Below, piece by piece: positions 19,615-32,392 of a stretch of 64,000 bases of DNA. The position numbers and the translations under genes are program-made. The notes under the pieces were generated by a model, which saw nothing but the letters and a program-made list of their open reading frames with translations, made no database searches and was not told where the DNA came from. Source of the stretch: the human T2T-CHM13v2.0 reference genome, Homo sapiens; NCBI RefSeq assembly GCF_009914755.1, contig NC_060926.1. One strand, written 5' to 3'. Every line of letters starts with the position of its first letter. Within the stretch, counting starts at the first letter, position 1.

Positions 19615-21814
19615 TTATTTATTTATTTATTTTTGTTGCTGTTTTTTCACAACTTTTTTTTTCTTTAACTTTTACATTCTGGGGTACATGTGCAGGATGT
19701 ACAGGTTTGTTACATAGGTAAACATATACCATGGTGGTTTGCTGCACAGATCAATTCATCACCCAAATGTTAAGCCCAGCACTCATTAGCTTTTCTTTTT
19801 GCTTCTCTCCCTTCCCGCATCCCCAACCAATAGGCCCCATGTGTGTTGTTTCCCTCATGTGTCCATGTGTTCTCATTGTTCAGCTTCCACTTATAAGTGA
19901 GAACATGTGGTATTTGGTATTCTGTTTCTGTGTTAGTTTGCTGAGGATAATGGCTTCCAGTTCCATCCATGTCCCCACAATATACATGATCTCATTCCTT
20001 TTTATGACTGCATAGTATTCCATGGTGTATATGTACCAAATTTTCTTTATCCAGTCTATCATTGATGGGCATTTGAGTTGATTCCATATCTTTGCCATTG
20101 TGAATAGTGCTGCAATGAACATAAACATGCATGTATCTTTATAATATAATAATTTATATTCCTTCTGGTATATACCCAGTAATTGGATTGCTGGGTCAAA
20201 TGGTATTTCTGCCTCTAGATCTTTGAGGAATTGCCACACTGTCTTCCACAATGGTTTAACAAATTTATGCTCCCACCAGCAGTGTAAACATGTTTCTTTT
20301 TCTTCACAACCTCACCATCATCTGTTGTTTTTTGACTTTTTAGTAATAGACAATCTGACTGGTCTGACGTAGTATCTCATTGTGGTTTTGATTTGCATTT
20401 CTCTAATGATCAGTGATGTTAAGCTTTTTTTCTCACGTGCCTCTTGGCTGTATGTATGTCTTCTTTTGAGAAGTGTCTGTTCATGTCTTTTGCTCAATTT
20501 TTAATGGGATTGTTTGTTTTATTCTTCTAAATTTGTTTAATTTTCTTGTAGACTTAGATATTAGACCTTTGTCAAATAGATAGATGGTAAAAAATTTCTC
20601 CATATATGAGAAACCTACAGCCAATATCATACTGAATGGGCTAAAGCTGGAAGCATTCCCCTTGAAAACAGGCACAAGACAAGGATGCCTTCTATCACCA
20701 CTCCTTTTCAACATATTATTGGAAGTTCTTGCCCTGGCAATCAGGCAAGAGATAGAAATAAAGGGTATTCAAATAGAAGAGAAGAAGTCAAATTATCTTT
20801 TTTGCAGATGACATGAGCCTATATCTAGAAAATCTCATAGTCTCAGCCCAATAGCTTCTTAAGCTGATAAGCAACTTCAGCAAAGTCTCAGGGTACAAAA
20901 TCAGTATGCAAAAATGACTAGCATTCCTTTACACCAACAACAGGCAACAAGGGAGCCAAATCATGAATGAACTCCCATTCACAATTGCTAAAAAAGAATA
21001 AAATACCTAGGAATAACAAGGAAATTGAAGGACCTCTTCAAGGAGAACTACAAACCATGGCTCAAGGAAATTAGAGAGTACACAAACAAATGGAAAAGCA
21101 TTCCTTGCTCATAAATAGGAAGAATCAGTATCATGAAAAAGGCCATATTGCCCAAAGTAATTAATAGACTCAGTGCTATTCCCATTAATCTACCATTGAC
21201 ATTCATTACAGAATTAGAAAAAAGCTATTTTAGAATTCATAAGGAAACAAAAAAGAGCCCAAATAGCCAAGACAATCCTAAGCAAAAAGAACAAAGCTGG
21301 AGGCATCACATTACTCAACTTCAAACTATACTACAAGGCTACAGTAACCAAAACAGCATGGTAGTGTTACAAGAAATGACACATAGACCAATGGAACAAA
21401 GTAGAGAACTCAGAAATAAGATTGCATGTCTACAACCATCTTATCTTTGACAAACCTGACAAAAACAAGCAATGGGGAAAGGATTCCCTATTTAATAAAT
21501 GGTGCTGGGAAAACTGGCTAGCCATATGCAGAAAATTGAAACTGGACCCCTTCCTTACACCTTATACAAAAATTAACTCAAGGTGGGTTACAGATTTAAA
21601 TACATAAAACCCAAAACCTTTAAAACCCTAGAATATAATCTAGGCAATATGATTCAGGACATAGGCATGGGCTAAGATTTCATGATGAAAACACCAGAAG
21701 CAATTGCAACAAAAGCAAAAATTGACAAATGGAATCTAATTAAACTAAAGAGTTTTTTCACAGCAAAATAAACTATCATCAGAATGAACACACAACCTAT
21801 ACATTGGGAGAAAA
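19615..21814 (-). mobile_element. L1PA8-10-like LINE-1 with 5' inversion (3' part on minus 19615-20603; inverted ORF2 part on plus 20600-21814)
   Basis: T-rich tail; junction microhomology ccat; TSD tttttgtgccaatattt 19598-19614 / tttttgtgtcattattt 21815-21831. Confidence 0.92.
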
Positions 21815-23024
21815 TTTTTGTGTCATTATTTGTTAGAGAAAAATGAGGACAAACTGCATAACTAACAACAAGCTACTGGTTAGATAAATTATAAAATATC
21901 TTTGAGATACATAACAATGTTAAAATGAAACGGGTTTATTGAAGGTTTTAGTGTGAGAAAATGATGATAATTTAATGAGCAATTGTACTTGGTGCTTTTG
22001 AGTCTTCTTTGTTAGTTTACATTCATGCTGCCACTGTACATTAAAATCACAAGCTTGTTAGATGTTTGCTCAGTGCTAGTCACTAGAAAAGATTCTGAGG
22101 CTCCAACCTTAAGAGCCAGAACTTAATGATTGCAGAATAAGTGAAAAGTCAGGGAAATTGAGAAATAAATACGCAATGACAGAGCTTAAGAGCAAACTCT
22201 AAAGGAGTTGAAAATAGTTACACGGGAATACATTTTACTGAAAGTCAATTTTCAAAGTGTGTTTACGCATGGGAGTTTTGATTGGTCCTAAGTGATTCTT
22301 TGCATTTTAAGAGGGCTACTTTTGAGCTTGTCTTTTTGGTCCAACTCTCTGAGTTTGGTGAGTTTTAATACTTAGGCCATAACAAGATTCTGCTGCTCTG
22401 CTTGCATCTACTGACTCTAGGTCTTTTGGTGTAAAAGGGAGAAATGAAAACAGCCATGGGAGAAAGAGCTATAAACCAGGCTCTGGAGGTATAGTTGTGA
22501 CTTGTATTATAGACTCTTCTTAGGTTGACTTTTTTTTTTTTTTGTATGGGGTGGTGTACAGAGTAGCTTTATTACCCCCAAGCCTAATACAGTCTGGTTG
22601 TCTTCATGGCAGAAGCAGGTCAGCTGATGTCACCTGTGGGCTTTTTCATTTTAGTGACTAAATTAATTTTGTCTTTGCCTTCTGCACCTGTACACACAAA
22701 ACAAACATAGGCAGGGAATGGAATAGAAAAAAAAATAAAAGCTCAAGAATAAATAAAGCCATTACAAGCAATTTCCACCTCCTGTAAGACGGATATATCC
22801 CTTGACTGCAGTTCCTAACTATAGGCATTACATTTGTTCAATCTGAGCAATATTGTGTAGGCTGATGCCCTAAAAACCTTGTGGTATAGGTTTTGTGTAA
22901 GATTTCTGCCTTCAGATCACCTGGAATTTTAGAGATTTCTACTTACTTTTTTCAGTCACACCATTAACTTATTTTCTTTCTATCCTAATGTTAACTTGCT
23001 CTGACCAGCACCCATGACATTCTA

Positions 23025-23372
23025 AATAAAAAAAGAACACTATAATGTGTTTTGCAGCAACTTAGATGGAATTGGCCATTATCCCTAAGTGAAGTAACTC
23101 AGGGATGGAAAATGAAATACTGCACAGTTTTGCTCATAAGTGGGAGCTAAGTGATAGGCACCCAAAGGCACACAGAGTGGTATAATGGACATTGGAGTCT
23201 CAGGAGTGGGGGGCAGTGGGACAGCATGAGGGATGAAAAATTGCTGATTGGATATAATGTACACTATTCGGGTGATAGGTACACTAAAAGCCCAGATGTC
23301 ACCACTATAAAATTAATGCATGTAATCAAAAACCACTTGTCTCCCTAAAGCTATAGAAATTTTAAAAAATGA
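23025..23372 (+). mobile_element. L1PB (L1PB2/3-like) 3' end fragment
   Basis: ggtataatggacattggagtctcag...aaaaccacttgtctccctaaagctatagaaat. Confidence 0.85.
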
Positions 23373-23399
23373 AACCAATAAATCAATAACATGTATAAG

Positions 23400-23950
23400 C
23401 CTTCTCTTTCTTGGAATATTTGTACTCCCTGACCCTTTGGCATAGGCTGACCTTTCCCCAAGTAGTTCTCTTGTTCTTTCATTATTTTAATTCAGGTCAA
23501 ATGTCCCCTCTACAGTGAGGGAATTTTGACACCTCTATCTGAGTGACCTACTGTCACCTCCACTTTGCTGCCAGTGTTTTCTATCTCATCATCTGTAAGT
23601 TTAGCAGTCATTGCTATATACAGTTATATTTTAATATTTTTTTGAGACATGATATTTGCTCTGTTACCTAGGCTGGTCTTGAACTCCTGTCCTCAAGCCA
23701 TCCTCCTGCCTTGGCCTCTCGAAGTGCTAGGATTATAGACATGAGACACCATGCTCAGCCTATCTCATTTTTTAAAAATCCATGTATTTATGTATATAAT
23801 TTACCAACTTTATTTCTTCCAACTGTACTCTATGTTCCATTAGAGCATGGGCCTTGACGTTCCTTTACGGCATGGACATTGCTTACCTGTCTTCAGCACC
23901 AGTAATATTGCCTGTCATTTAATTATTGCTCAGTGTCCACTTGCTTATTG
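23400..23950 (+). mobile_element. L2 3' region interrupted by FLAM
   Basis: caggtcaaatgtcccctctacagtgagg; tatgttccattagagcatggg; cagcaccagtaatattgcctg. Confidence 0.6.
23636..23760 (-). mobile_element. FLAM (free left Alu monomer)
   Basis: ttgagacatgatatttgctctgttacctaggctggtcttgaactcctg...ggattatagacatgagacacc. Confidence 0.88.
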
Positions 23951-25549
23951 AGGATCTAATGGATTATTTATGACAAGTTCCTTTTCTCTTTTTTTTTTCT
24001 TTACTGGATGAAGAAACTGTATCTCTTGGGCATTTTATCATCTCTTATGGTTTTCAGTCATCTCTACAAAGATAATTTCCAAATCTCTCTCTAACTCTAA
24101 TCTTCCTATCAAGGTTTGGACACGGGAACTTTACTCACAATCCACTGCCAGCTGTATTGTAAAACTACATGTAGTCAGGATGACCCATGGCTTACTCGCA
24201 TCTGTGGCATAGCCATGGGGTTTAACATCCTGCCTTTTCTTACATTCCCCATGCCATTGTTTCCATATATGCTTTTTTCTTTTTTCACTTTTCTCCTGGG
24301 TTTATGTTCTCTTAATAAATTGATTGCCATTAAGCCACTTCTTTTATTATATTCTGACACATGAAACAAAGTTACTTTTCTTCAACAGTAACTATATAAT
24401 TGCAGTACTTATTTTATAAAAGAGGCAGTTGATAGTTTCTTTAAGATAATAAAAATCAACCATCTCTGTGGTACGTGAAGTCATTCTCAAAAATTCACCA
24501 ACTTCAATTATTAGTTCATTTTTCTGGGCTGCCTCTCTTACGCGGTGCACAATGCTCGTTGCTGCCAGGCCACGCTCTGGTAGCATTTGATTATAAGCCT
24601 AGCAGGATGGAAGAGAAAAAGTCAGATAGTACTTGGAAGAATTCTAACCCTGTGTCTGCCATTCCTTGGATGCTCGAGAAATGTTAGTTCAACTTTAAAT
24701 AATCTCATTGTAGTTTTTTTTCTTGACCTCTTTTCTACATATTAATGCCTCAAAACTTTGTTCTATCCTTTTTTGCTTAATTCCAGTACTACTTCATCAA
24801 GAAATAAATAATTATGTTATAGTAAGTGCTTGTTACGGTCTGTACTATGTTCAAGAAAATATACTCAATAATGTAGACAAAATTTATATATATGCATGCT
24901 CAATTTGGTATGATTATTATTATTTAACATGACTCTTTTGAACTAGTTAAAAAATGTCAACATTTTGACCTGAGGAAGTAGAGGCTCATTTAGATTAGGC
25001 CACTTGATGAGACCACGCAGGCAGTCAACACACTTTGGGACACCGATGAAAGAGGACGGTAGCCTTTTGAAATTTCTGCAATACCCAAATAGACAGCAAA
25101 TGCCAATCTTCACATTTCTGCCTTCTGTAACAAAAAGAAAAATACTTCTTTTTTTCTTAAAGAACTCCTTTGAGTGCATAACTTTAAAATTTCCAACACC
25201 AAAATAAATATTTTTCAGTCATATCCTATTCTCTGAGACATAGTAGGTGAAAAGCCACAAATTTATACAATTCACCTCAAAGAATTTGTCTTATATAGAT
25301 AAAACAGAAGGAAACATTTCATGCTATTTTTTACTAATAAAAACAATCACTGGAACCAAATATGTTTCCTGGCCACACAGCCTTTTGGACAATAAAACTA
25401 TTGTTAGGGCGTAAGTCAGGTCCTTCTTTGCTCATCCAGATGACAACTAGCATATCTCATTTAATCATGGGCTTTCAAAGACCCATCTACAAACATTTAA
25501 TAAACAACCAACAAGAGGTATAGAGTTCAATTCAACAATATATAAAAAT

Positions 25550-25850
25550 CAGCACTTTAGGCATGACAGGAACTGGAAACTGTGTTTATCTCATGCCAGC
25601 ATCTTATAGATTACAACATTGAAGCCCATAGAAGTTCAGTGAGCACAAGCTATACAGCTTATTAGTGTCAAACCAAATCAACTTAAGTATTTATTGATAA
25701 TTACTATATAACTGCTATAATAATTGCATAACTCTATGTAGTAGAAATATGATTTACTCAGACCTTTCTTAAGAATCTTATAACCTACTTGGTAGTCAGA
25801 CCATACATGAAATAAAAACAATTATGCAAAATGAGCATAGTAGCATTTAA
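25550..25850 (-). mobile_element. Adjacent degenerate MIR and L2 3' end fragments
   Basis: gaagttcagtgagcacaagctatacagc; caacttaagtatttattgataattactat. Confidence 0.4.
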
Positions 25851-26721
25851 TAATAAGCCTAACAGAATAGTTTCATGTATTTCCTATATACCATGAATTC
25901 TGACATCTCTTCTTAATATGTTGCAGGTATTTAAAAATAAGCATTCTCAAAATTAATCTCATTTTCTTACTTTTACATTTAGTTTTTCCACTACACTCAT
26001 GATATTTCTTTGCCTTGATTTATCAGGGCCGCTTAGACACAAAACATAAGAAATTGGGTTTTAATAGGATAGTGTTCTCAATCTGGACTGTAGACTAATA
26101 TGACTAATGTTTTTTGTCTATTTGTTTGCCTGAAGCCTCAGCTTACCTAGTAACTGAGCATTTTTAGAGGGAGCAACTCTGCCCTTCTCCTAGGATAGTC
26201 AACATATTTTTTCCTGTTTTCTGTGCATTCTAATGCCTCCTAGTCTGATCCTCATAAAAGCAATTAGAAGTAGATCAGTGGCCCCAGAAAAGAGAGGAGA
26301 AGCAGAGAAAAAAGGACTAAAAATAACCAAGGAAGGGTAAGGGATTTCTTACTCAATAGTATGCTAGTTGATTGCCTTCTTTATGTAGATGTGTTGAGCT
26401 GTGTTTGCTCAGTTTAATATTTGCCTCATTCCAATGTCCTCTTCCCAATCACTGTAAACAAAAACAAAGACTTCTCATTGGAAAAATCAATCCCTTCAAA
26501 TATGATATTTCCCTGACCTGTCAATGTGCTTGAAGTTGCTATAGATTAAGATCATCACTCATTTCCCAGTGAGTAAAAAGTGAGCCTCTTGGCTGTTCTT
26601 TCTCTAACAAAGTAATGTTGTTTAAAAACTTTTGGAGCAAAATAGATTTGGGATTCAGACGCTACTTCTGAGGCCTTTGGTATCTTAGCCTAATGCAGAA
26701 TCAAAACAAAATATGTATATA

Positions 26722-26925
26722 TCACTTATTGAGTTTCTAATGTTTGTCTAATGCTTTATGTAAGTTGTACCATTTAATTAACCTCCATATTGCCCCTTGA
26801 GGGAGAGAAAGATATTATTATCCCCTTAAATAAAAAGAAAATAAGATGGAATGGCTAGCTTGAAATCATTTAGCCAATAAATTGCCAAATCATGAATCTA
26901 ATTCAAGTGAGTCACATCTCAAAGT
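26722..26925 (-). mobile_element. MIR SINE
   Basis: cacttattgagtttctaatg...atattattatcccctt...aaaagaaaataagat. Confidence 0.6.
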
Positions 26926-29900
26926 TACTATTAGCAAGGTAGAAATGTTATGTTCCTGGAATAATGACAGTGTAGATACTGACTTCAGGAAATTTTGTGT
27001 CCTTTACCCCAAACTCTAGATTTGGTAGCAGTGTAAACCTAGATGCTAAAAAAAGGATGGCCAGAAAAAGCACATAAGTCATGGTTGAAGATAAGGCGAA
27101 GGAAGGGCACTCCATCAAAGAGGCAGATTAAAGATGTGATCTTGCAAACAGAGAAGCCATACATTTTACCAAGGAGTGCGTACTTGGATAATTCATTGTT
27201 TTGAAGACATATTCAGAAGAGAGTCTGCCAGTTTTACCCTTTGGAAATGCGATATACTGGTAATATCTGGTCTCACAGCAGTTCCTCATGAGCATAAAAG
27301 TCAGAAACTATATAAGCAACTTCTGTTCTACTATAATAAAACCTTGTCTTATCAACATAAGAACATAAATAATATATATTAGCAAAATTATTTCTTCTCA
27401 CTAGATATTAATGTATCCATCTGAGGGGCTGAAACATAGGATGATATATTACAATCAATCAGAAGATAAATTACTTATTACTTGCAAACTTTGATCACCA
27501 TAGGGATCTTCACTACAATATGCATCCTTAGTAGGCATCTGTTCTAAGCTAAAACATTTTGGACACTTGGTACGCTCAGCAACTTAAATAGTAGCTCTTT
27601 CTATTAAAGAAAATTGAATTTCCAGAACATTTTCCTATATTAAGCTATATCTACTTATTCATTACCTTTTTATCATTGTTTCAAGTTTTCCATCTGAATC
27701 TAAAAAGATACCTGCAGATTATTAATTGTTTTAGCAATTCAAAACTGCTTTTATAAATATATGGCCTTTTTTTTAATAAAAGTTTTCTGGACCTTAGCCT
27801 GAAAAATACCAAACAAAGGAGACTAAAGCAAGTCCAAAAGTCTACATTTCAAATACAATATCACAGAAGAGTCTGGGGCCAAGCTGGATTGAGGAATTAG
27901 TTTTGGTCCTCTTTCTTTACCCACTTACTTCCTGTGAGAAAATTCACTCATCTTGGTTTGCTCTTCTCATGACCCTGAACAAACAGTGGTTTCTGCGATC
28001 TGTGTTGATAATGTCTTTTATTAACTGAAAATTTGTTTGCTACTACAAATAAGAGCAGGGAAGACAATATTTAATGCTTTCATATCCTATAGTAATGGTC
28101 AAAATAAATATATAATATTTCAGTAAATGCAGAACCTCTAAAGACTCAGATCCATTAAAAATGAAAGCTTATATTAATCTACTAAGTAAAGATTCTCATT
28201 TAGTTGATGTGCTGGTTTGGTGCAAGAATAGCATAAAATGGGTAGTAGAAAAATAGTGAGAAATGCAGATTATATGTTCATGTCCACTTAAAAATGTGTA
28301 TGTTTCTTTACCCATCAACCAACGATTTCTTCCTTCTCTTTTGAATAATACTGTGTATAAGGAGCATTAGTAGTATTTAAATCCATAATTTGGTTCATAA
28401 GTGTTCAGCCCACAAGGGATTTTGAGCCTACTAAGAATGGAGAACTGTTAAACCATCACCTTCCTTTGGCTCTAACTCTAAAAAATGAACAAAATAAATT
28501 GGCCTATGGACTATAGCTAGCCTTTGCACTTTCTGTGTGGCCCAGAGAATCTCAAGACTTTAGCATGGTTTAAGAGGATAATCAATATGAGACTCCAATT
28601 CTTTTCAAATGTAATATTCAACATATAGGTACATACAGACACATTTACAAATCAGTACCTTGGACTCTATCAGCAAGAGAGAGCAGAAATAATTAATAAA
28701 AACAGATCCATTGGGGCTCCAGATATTAGAAATATTGCTGTAAAATAATATTTTCATTCATTCAAGATGATGAAGTCAAGCTTGAAACTTTTGGGAAGAA
28801 ATGAAAACTAGTAAAAATTTACATAGATTTTAAAATACGTATATGAACGTGTATATTAAGCTTATAATCTCAGTTTAATTGTACTGCAGTAGAACAGGCA
28901 TAGCTGAAGGAAAATTGTGACCAGGAAAATAGGTCAGTGGATGCTATTTAGAGTAAACCATGCAAACAAAAAGGTAAAAAATGCAGAAATAAAGGTAAGC
29001 AACATAGAGAATAGAGTATTCATGTACAGCACATAGTCTACTGCAGTTTCAGAAGAAAAGAAGAAAAACAGCTGGGAAAAGTAAATTTTTTAAGAAAAGA
29101 AATCGTTGAAAATTTTTAAATAACTGATTAAGAACATTTATAGTTCCAAGAATTGCAGAAACTCTCAAGGAAATTTTTAAAATTTCCCTGCTTAAACATA
29201 TAAGCATGTTTACAGTTGTGAAACTGTAAAAAAAAAAAAAGTCAAAAAGATATAGGAAAGCATTTTCAGCTTTAAGAAATATGAGAGATGAAAAGAAAGA
29301 CTTACAACTGACTTCTCAACAGTAGCAATTGAAGTTATAAGGCAATTGAATTATGTCATTAAATTGAGAGAAGTAAAAAAATTCCAAAATTAAAACATCA
29401 TAAATGAAAGAAAAGAAATTTAAAAATTAGAATAATATAAAGACCTTATCAAACAATTGGAACTGAGAATCTTGGCCACCAGAAGAACAACACTAAAGAG
29501 AATTGTAAAAATTTCTTTAGGCAAAAAGTTAATGATTCCAGAAGGAAGGTCAGATGCAGATCCAACAAATCTGTGGTTATACCTAAGTGAACTTTGACAG
29601 TATAAAGCAATAATGATACAATACTGTCTTCAAAAATGCATTGAAATAGAATTATACAACAATAAACCATAAAGGGATAATTGCAATTGGAGTAATCCAA
29701 TATACTTTACTTTCTATAAGAAGGATAGATATGTCTATTGATATGAAATGTTTCAAAATCAAGAATGCATTTTGAAATTTCTAGCATCTCTGCTAAAATA
29801 GTTAACCAATGGATTACTTTCATACTAATAGAAAAAAAATGGTGAGATAAATTCAAAAATGACAAGAAAGGAGTAAGAGAGGTCCAAGGAATAAGTGAGA

Positions 29901-31628
29901 CAATGAAAATTCCAACCATATTAGTAATTAAATAAAATGCAAATGAATTAGTTTCTTTGGTTAAAAAAGAAAGCTTAGAAGGCTGAATGACAATCAAACC
30001 ACAATATGTTATACATAAAAATAGTATTTAATATAACATGAGAATTAATAATACAATGAAAATACTAGACAAAATCATGAAGGCATACCTATATTGATAT
30101 CAGACAAAGCAAGCTTTAAGAGAAAAAATTTACCAGAAACTATGGTAATTTCATAATGATGATAGATTCTATTTATCAGGAAGATGATTTTAAATTTGTA
30201 CATATCTAATTATATTACCTCAAAAATGTAAAGCAAAAATTAATATATATTCAAGATTAAGTAGGTATATCAACAATCACAATGAAAAATACTATCATGT
30301 ATTTCTGAGTAATCAGTTGAGTGAGCAGGGAATACCCTCAGTGGAGAATTAAAATAATTAAAAATATGATGTAAAATATAAAATATAGAACTCAAAATTA
30401 GATTAAAATGTATATGTAGTTACTGTGGCAACAGTGCACAAATGCTAAAAATCAATAACAAAAGTGTAAAGGTTAAGGTTAGAATATGTTCAGAGATTAT
30501 GATTCATAAATGAGCCATGAACCAAACAAAATTATATTAAGTATTGAAAATGTTTTGATAATTAAGAATAAACTGCATATCAAATTTTTAGGTATTTTTT
30601 ATATTTAGAGGAAAATATATAACCTTATGTGGATGTCTTAAAAACAAAGAATACCAATAAGAATATTAATGTGAAAAATATTTATCTTGCTGAATTACAA
30701 AAAAAATTCTAAACATTCCCAAAGGAGTGGAAAGGAATATATTATGAAGATAACAGAAAAAACTATATTTAGAGGGAATTGATACATATAAATGTTAGTT
30801 TCTGAAGAGACTAATAAAACTGATGTATCTAAAACCTACTTGATTAAAATAAAAGTAGGGAGACAGAAAGAGAGAAAAAAAGTACAGTGGGGTAGAAAGG
30901 ATGGAGGAGGAAAGGAGGGAGAGGAGAACACAGGTATAATTGTCAATATCAGCAAGAAAAATGCAATGCCACTAACGTTTCCTGTAGAATTAAAATTATA
31001 GGATAATATTTTGAGTAAATCTATGACAAAATGTGTTTGTATGTATATGCATGTATGTACGTTTGTATGTATATATGTATGTATGAAATGATAAAATCAC
31101 GAGGATAATATTACTTAGTAAAGTTGACACAAAATGACAAATCTTAGCTGATCATATAATGATCAATGTTCATTATTTAGTAATTAAAGTCTTCCCAGGA
31201 AGATTTTTCAGGGCCACATGACATTACTAATGGAAACATCAAATCATAAAGAGAGAAATTGCTCAAATATCAAATTAATTATTCAAATAATAGAAAAAAA
31301 GACACATCCTTCAAATCATTATATGAGGCTAATAACCTTAATGACCATGACAAGGTCAATATAAAAAAGAGAAAATTTTGCATCAATTTTATTACATATC
31401 ATATATTTTAAAATTCTAAGCAAAATATTAGCAAATCAAATACATTACTATGTAAAAATATGGTAAAATAATTTTATATAGTTGACTTGTTATCTTAAAT
31501 TCAAAATTGATTAAATTTGAATAATTGATGCATTTTTCTTTATTAACATGTTAAGGAAAACATTTTATGAACACCAGAATAAATACAGAAAATTTTTTGA
31601 TAAAATTCATCATGTACTCATTAATTTT

Positions 31629-31932
31629 CATTTTTATTTTATTTTATTTTTTGAAACAGGTTTCTCTCTGTCACCCAGGCTGGCGTGCAGTGGCGCAATC
31701 TTGGCTGACTGCAACCTTGCCTCCTGAGTTCAAGTGATTCTCCTGCCTCAGCCTCCCCAGTATCTGGGATTACAGGTGCCCGCCACCATGCCTGGCTAAT
31801 TTTTGTATTTTTAGTGGAGACGGGGTTTTACCACATTGGTGAGGCTGGTCTCAAACTCCTGTCCTCAAGTGATCCACCCGCCTCGGCTTCCCAAAGTGCT
31901 GGGATTGCAGGTGTGAGCCACAGCACCCAGCC
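31629..31932 (-). mobile_element. AluS
   Basis: Full dimer; TSD tgtactcattaatttt 31613-31628 / tgtatttattaatttt 31933-31948. Confidence 0.95.
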
Positions 31933-32087
31933 TGTATTTATTAATTTTAAAAGAAAAAACACACTCTTAGCATTTCAGGAACAGAAAGTATCTTTATTCA
32001 TATGGTAAGGGTATATATAAATGTACAGTAAACATCATTCTTGATGTAGATTGCACTGAGATAATGATGCCTGCAATGTCCACTTTT

Positions 32088-32392
32088 ATTGTTTGTTTGT
32101 TTTTGTTTATTGAGGCAGAGTCTTGCTCTGCCTCCCAGGCTATACTGAAGTGACACGATCTCGGCTCACCACATCCTCTGCCAACAGGGTCCAAGAGATT
32201 CTCTTGCCTCAGCTTCCTGAGTAGCTGGGATTACAGGCGTGGGCCACCACATCCGGCTAATTTTTATATTCTTAGTAAAGACGGGGTTTCATCCTGTTGG
32301 CCAGACTGGTCTCAAACTCCTGACCTCAAGTGATCCGCCTCCTTGGCCTCCCAAAATGGTGGGATTACAGGCATGAGACACCGCGCCTGGCC
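32088..32392 (-). mobile_element. AluS
   Basis: Full dimer; TSD atgtccactttt 32076-32087 / 32395-32406. Confidence 0.95.
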
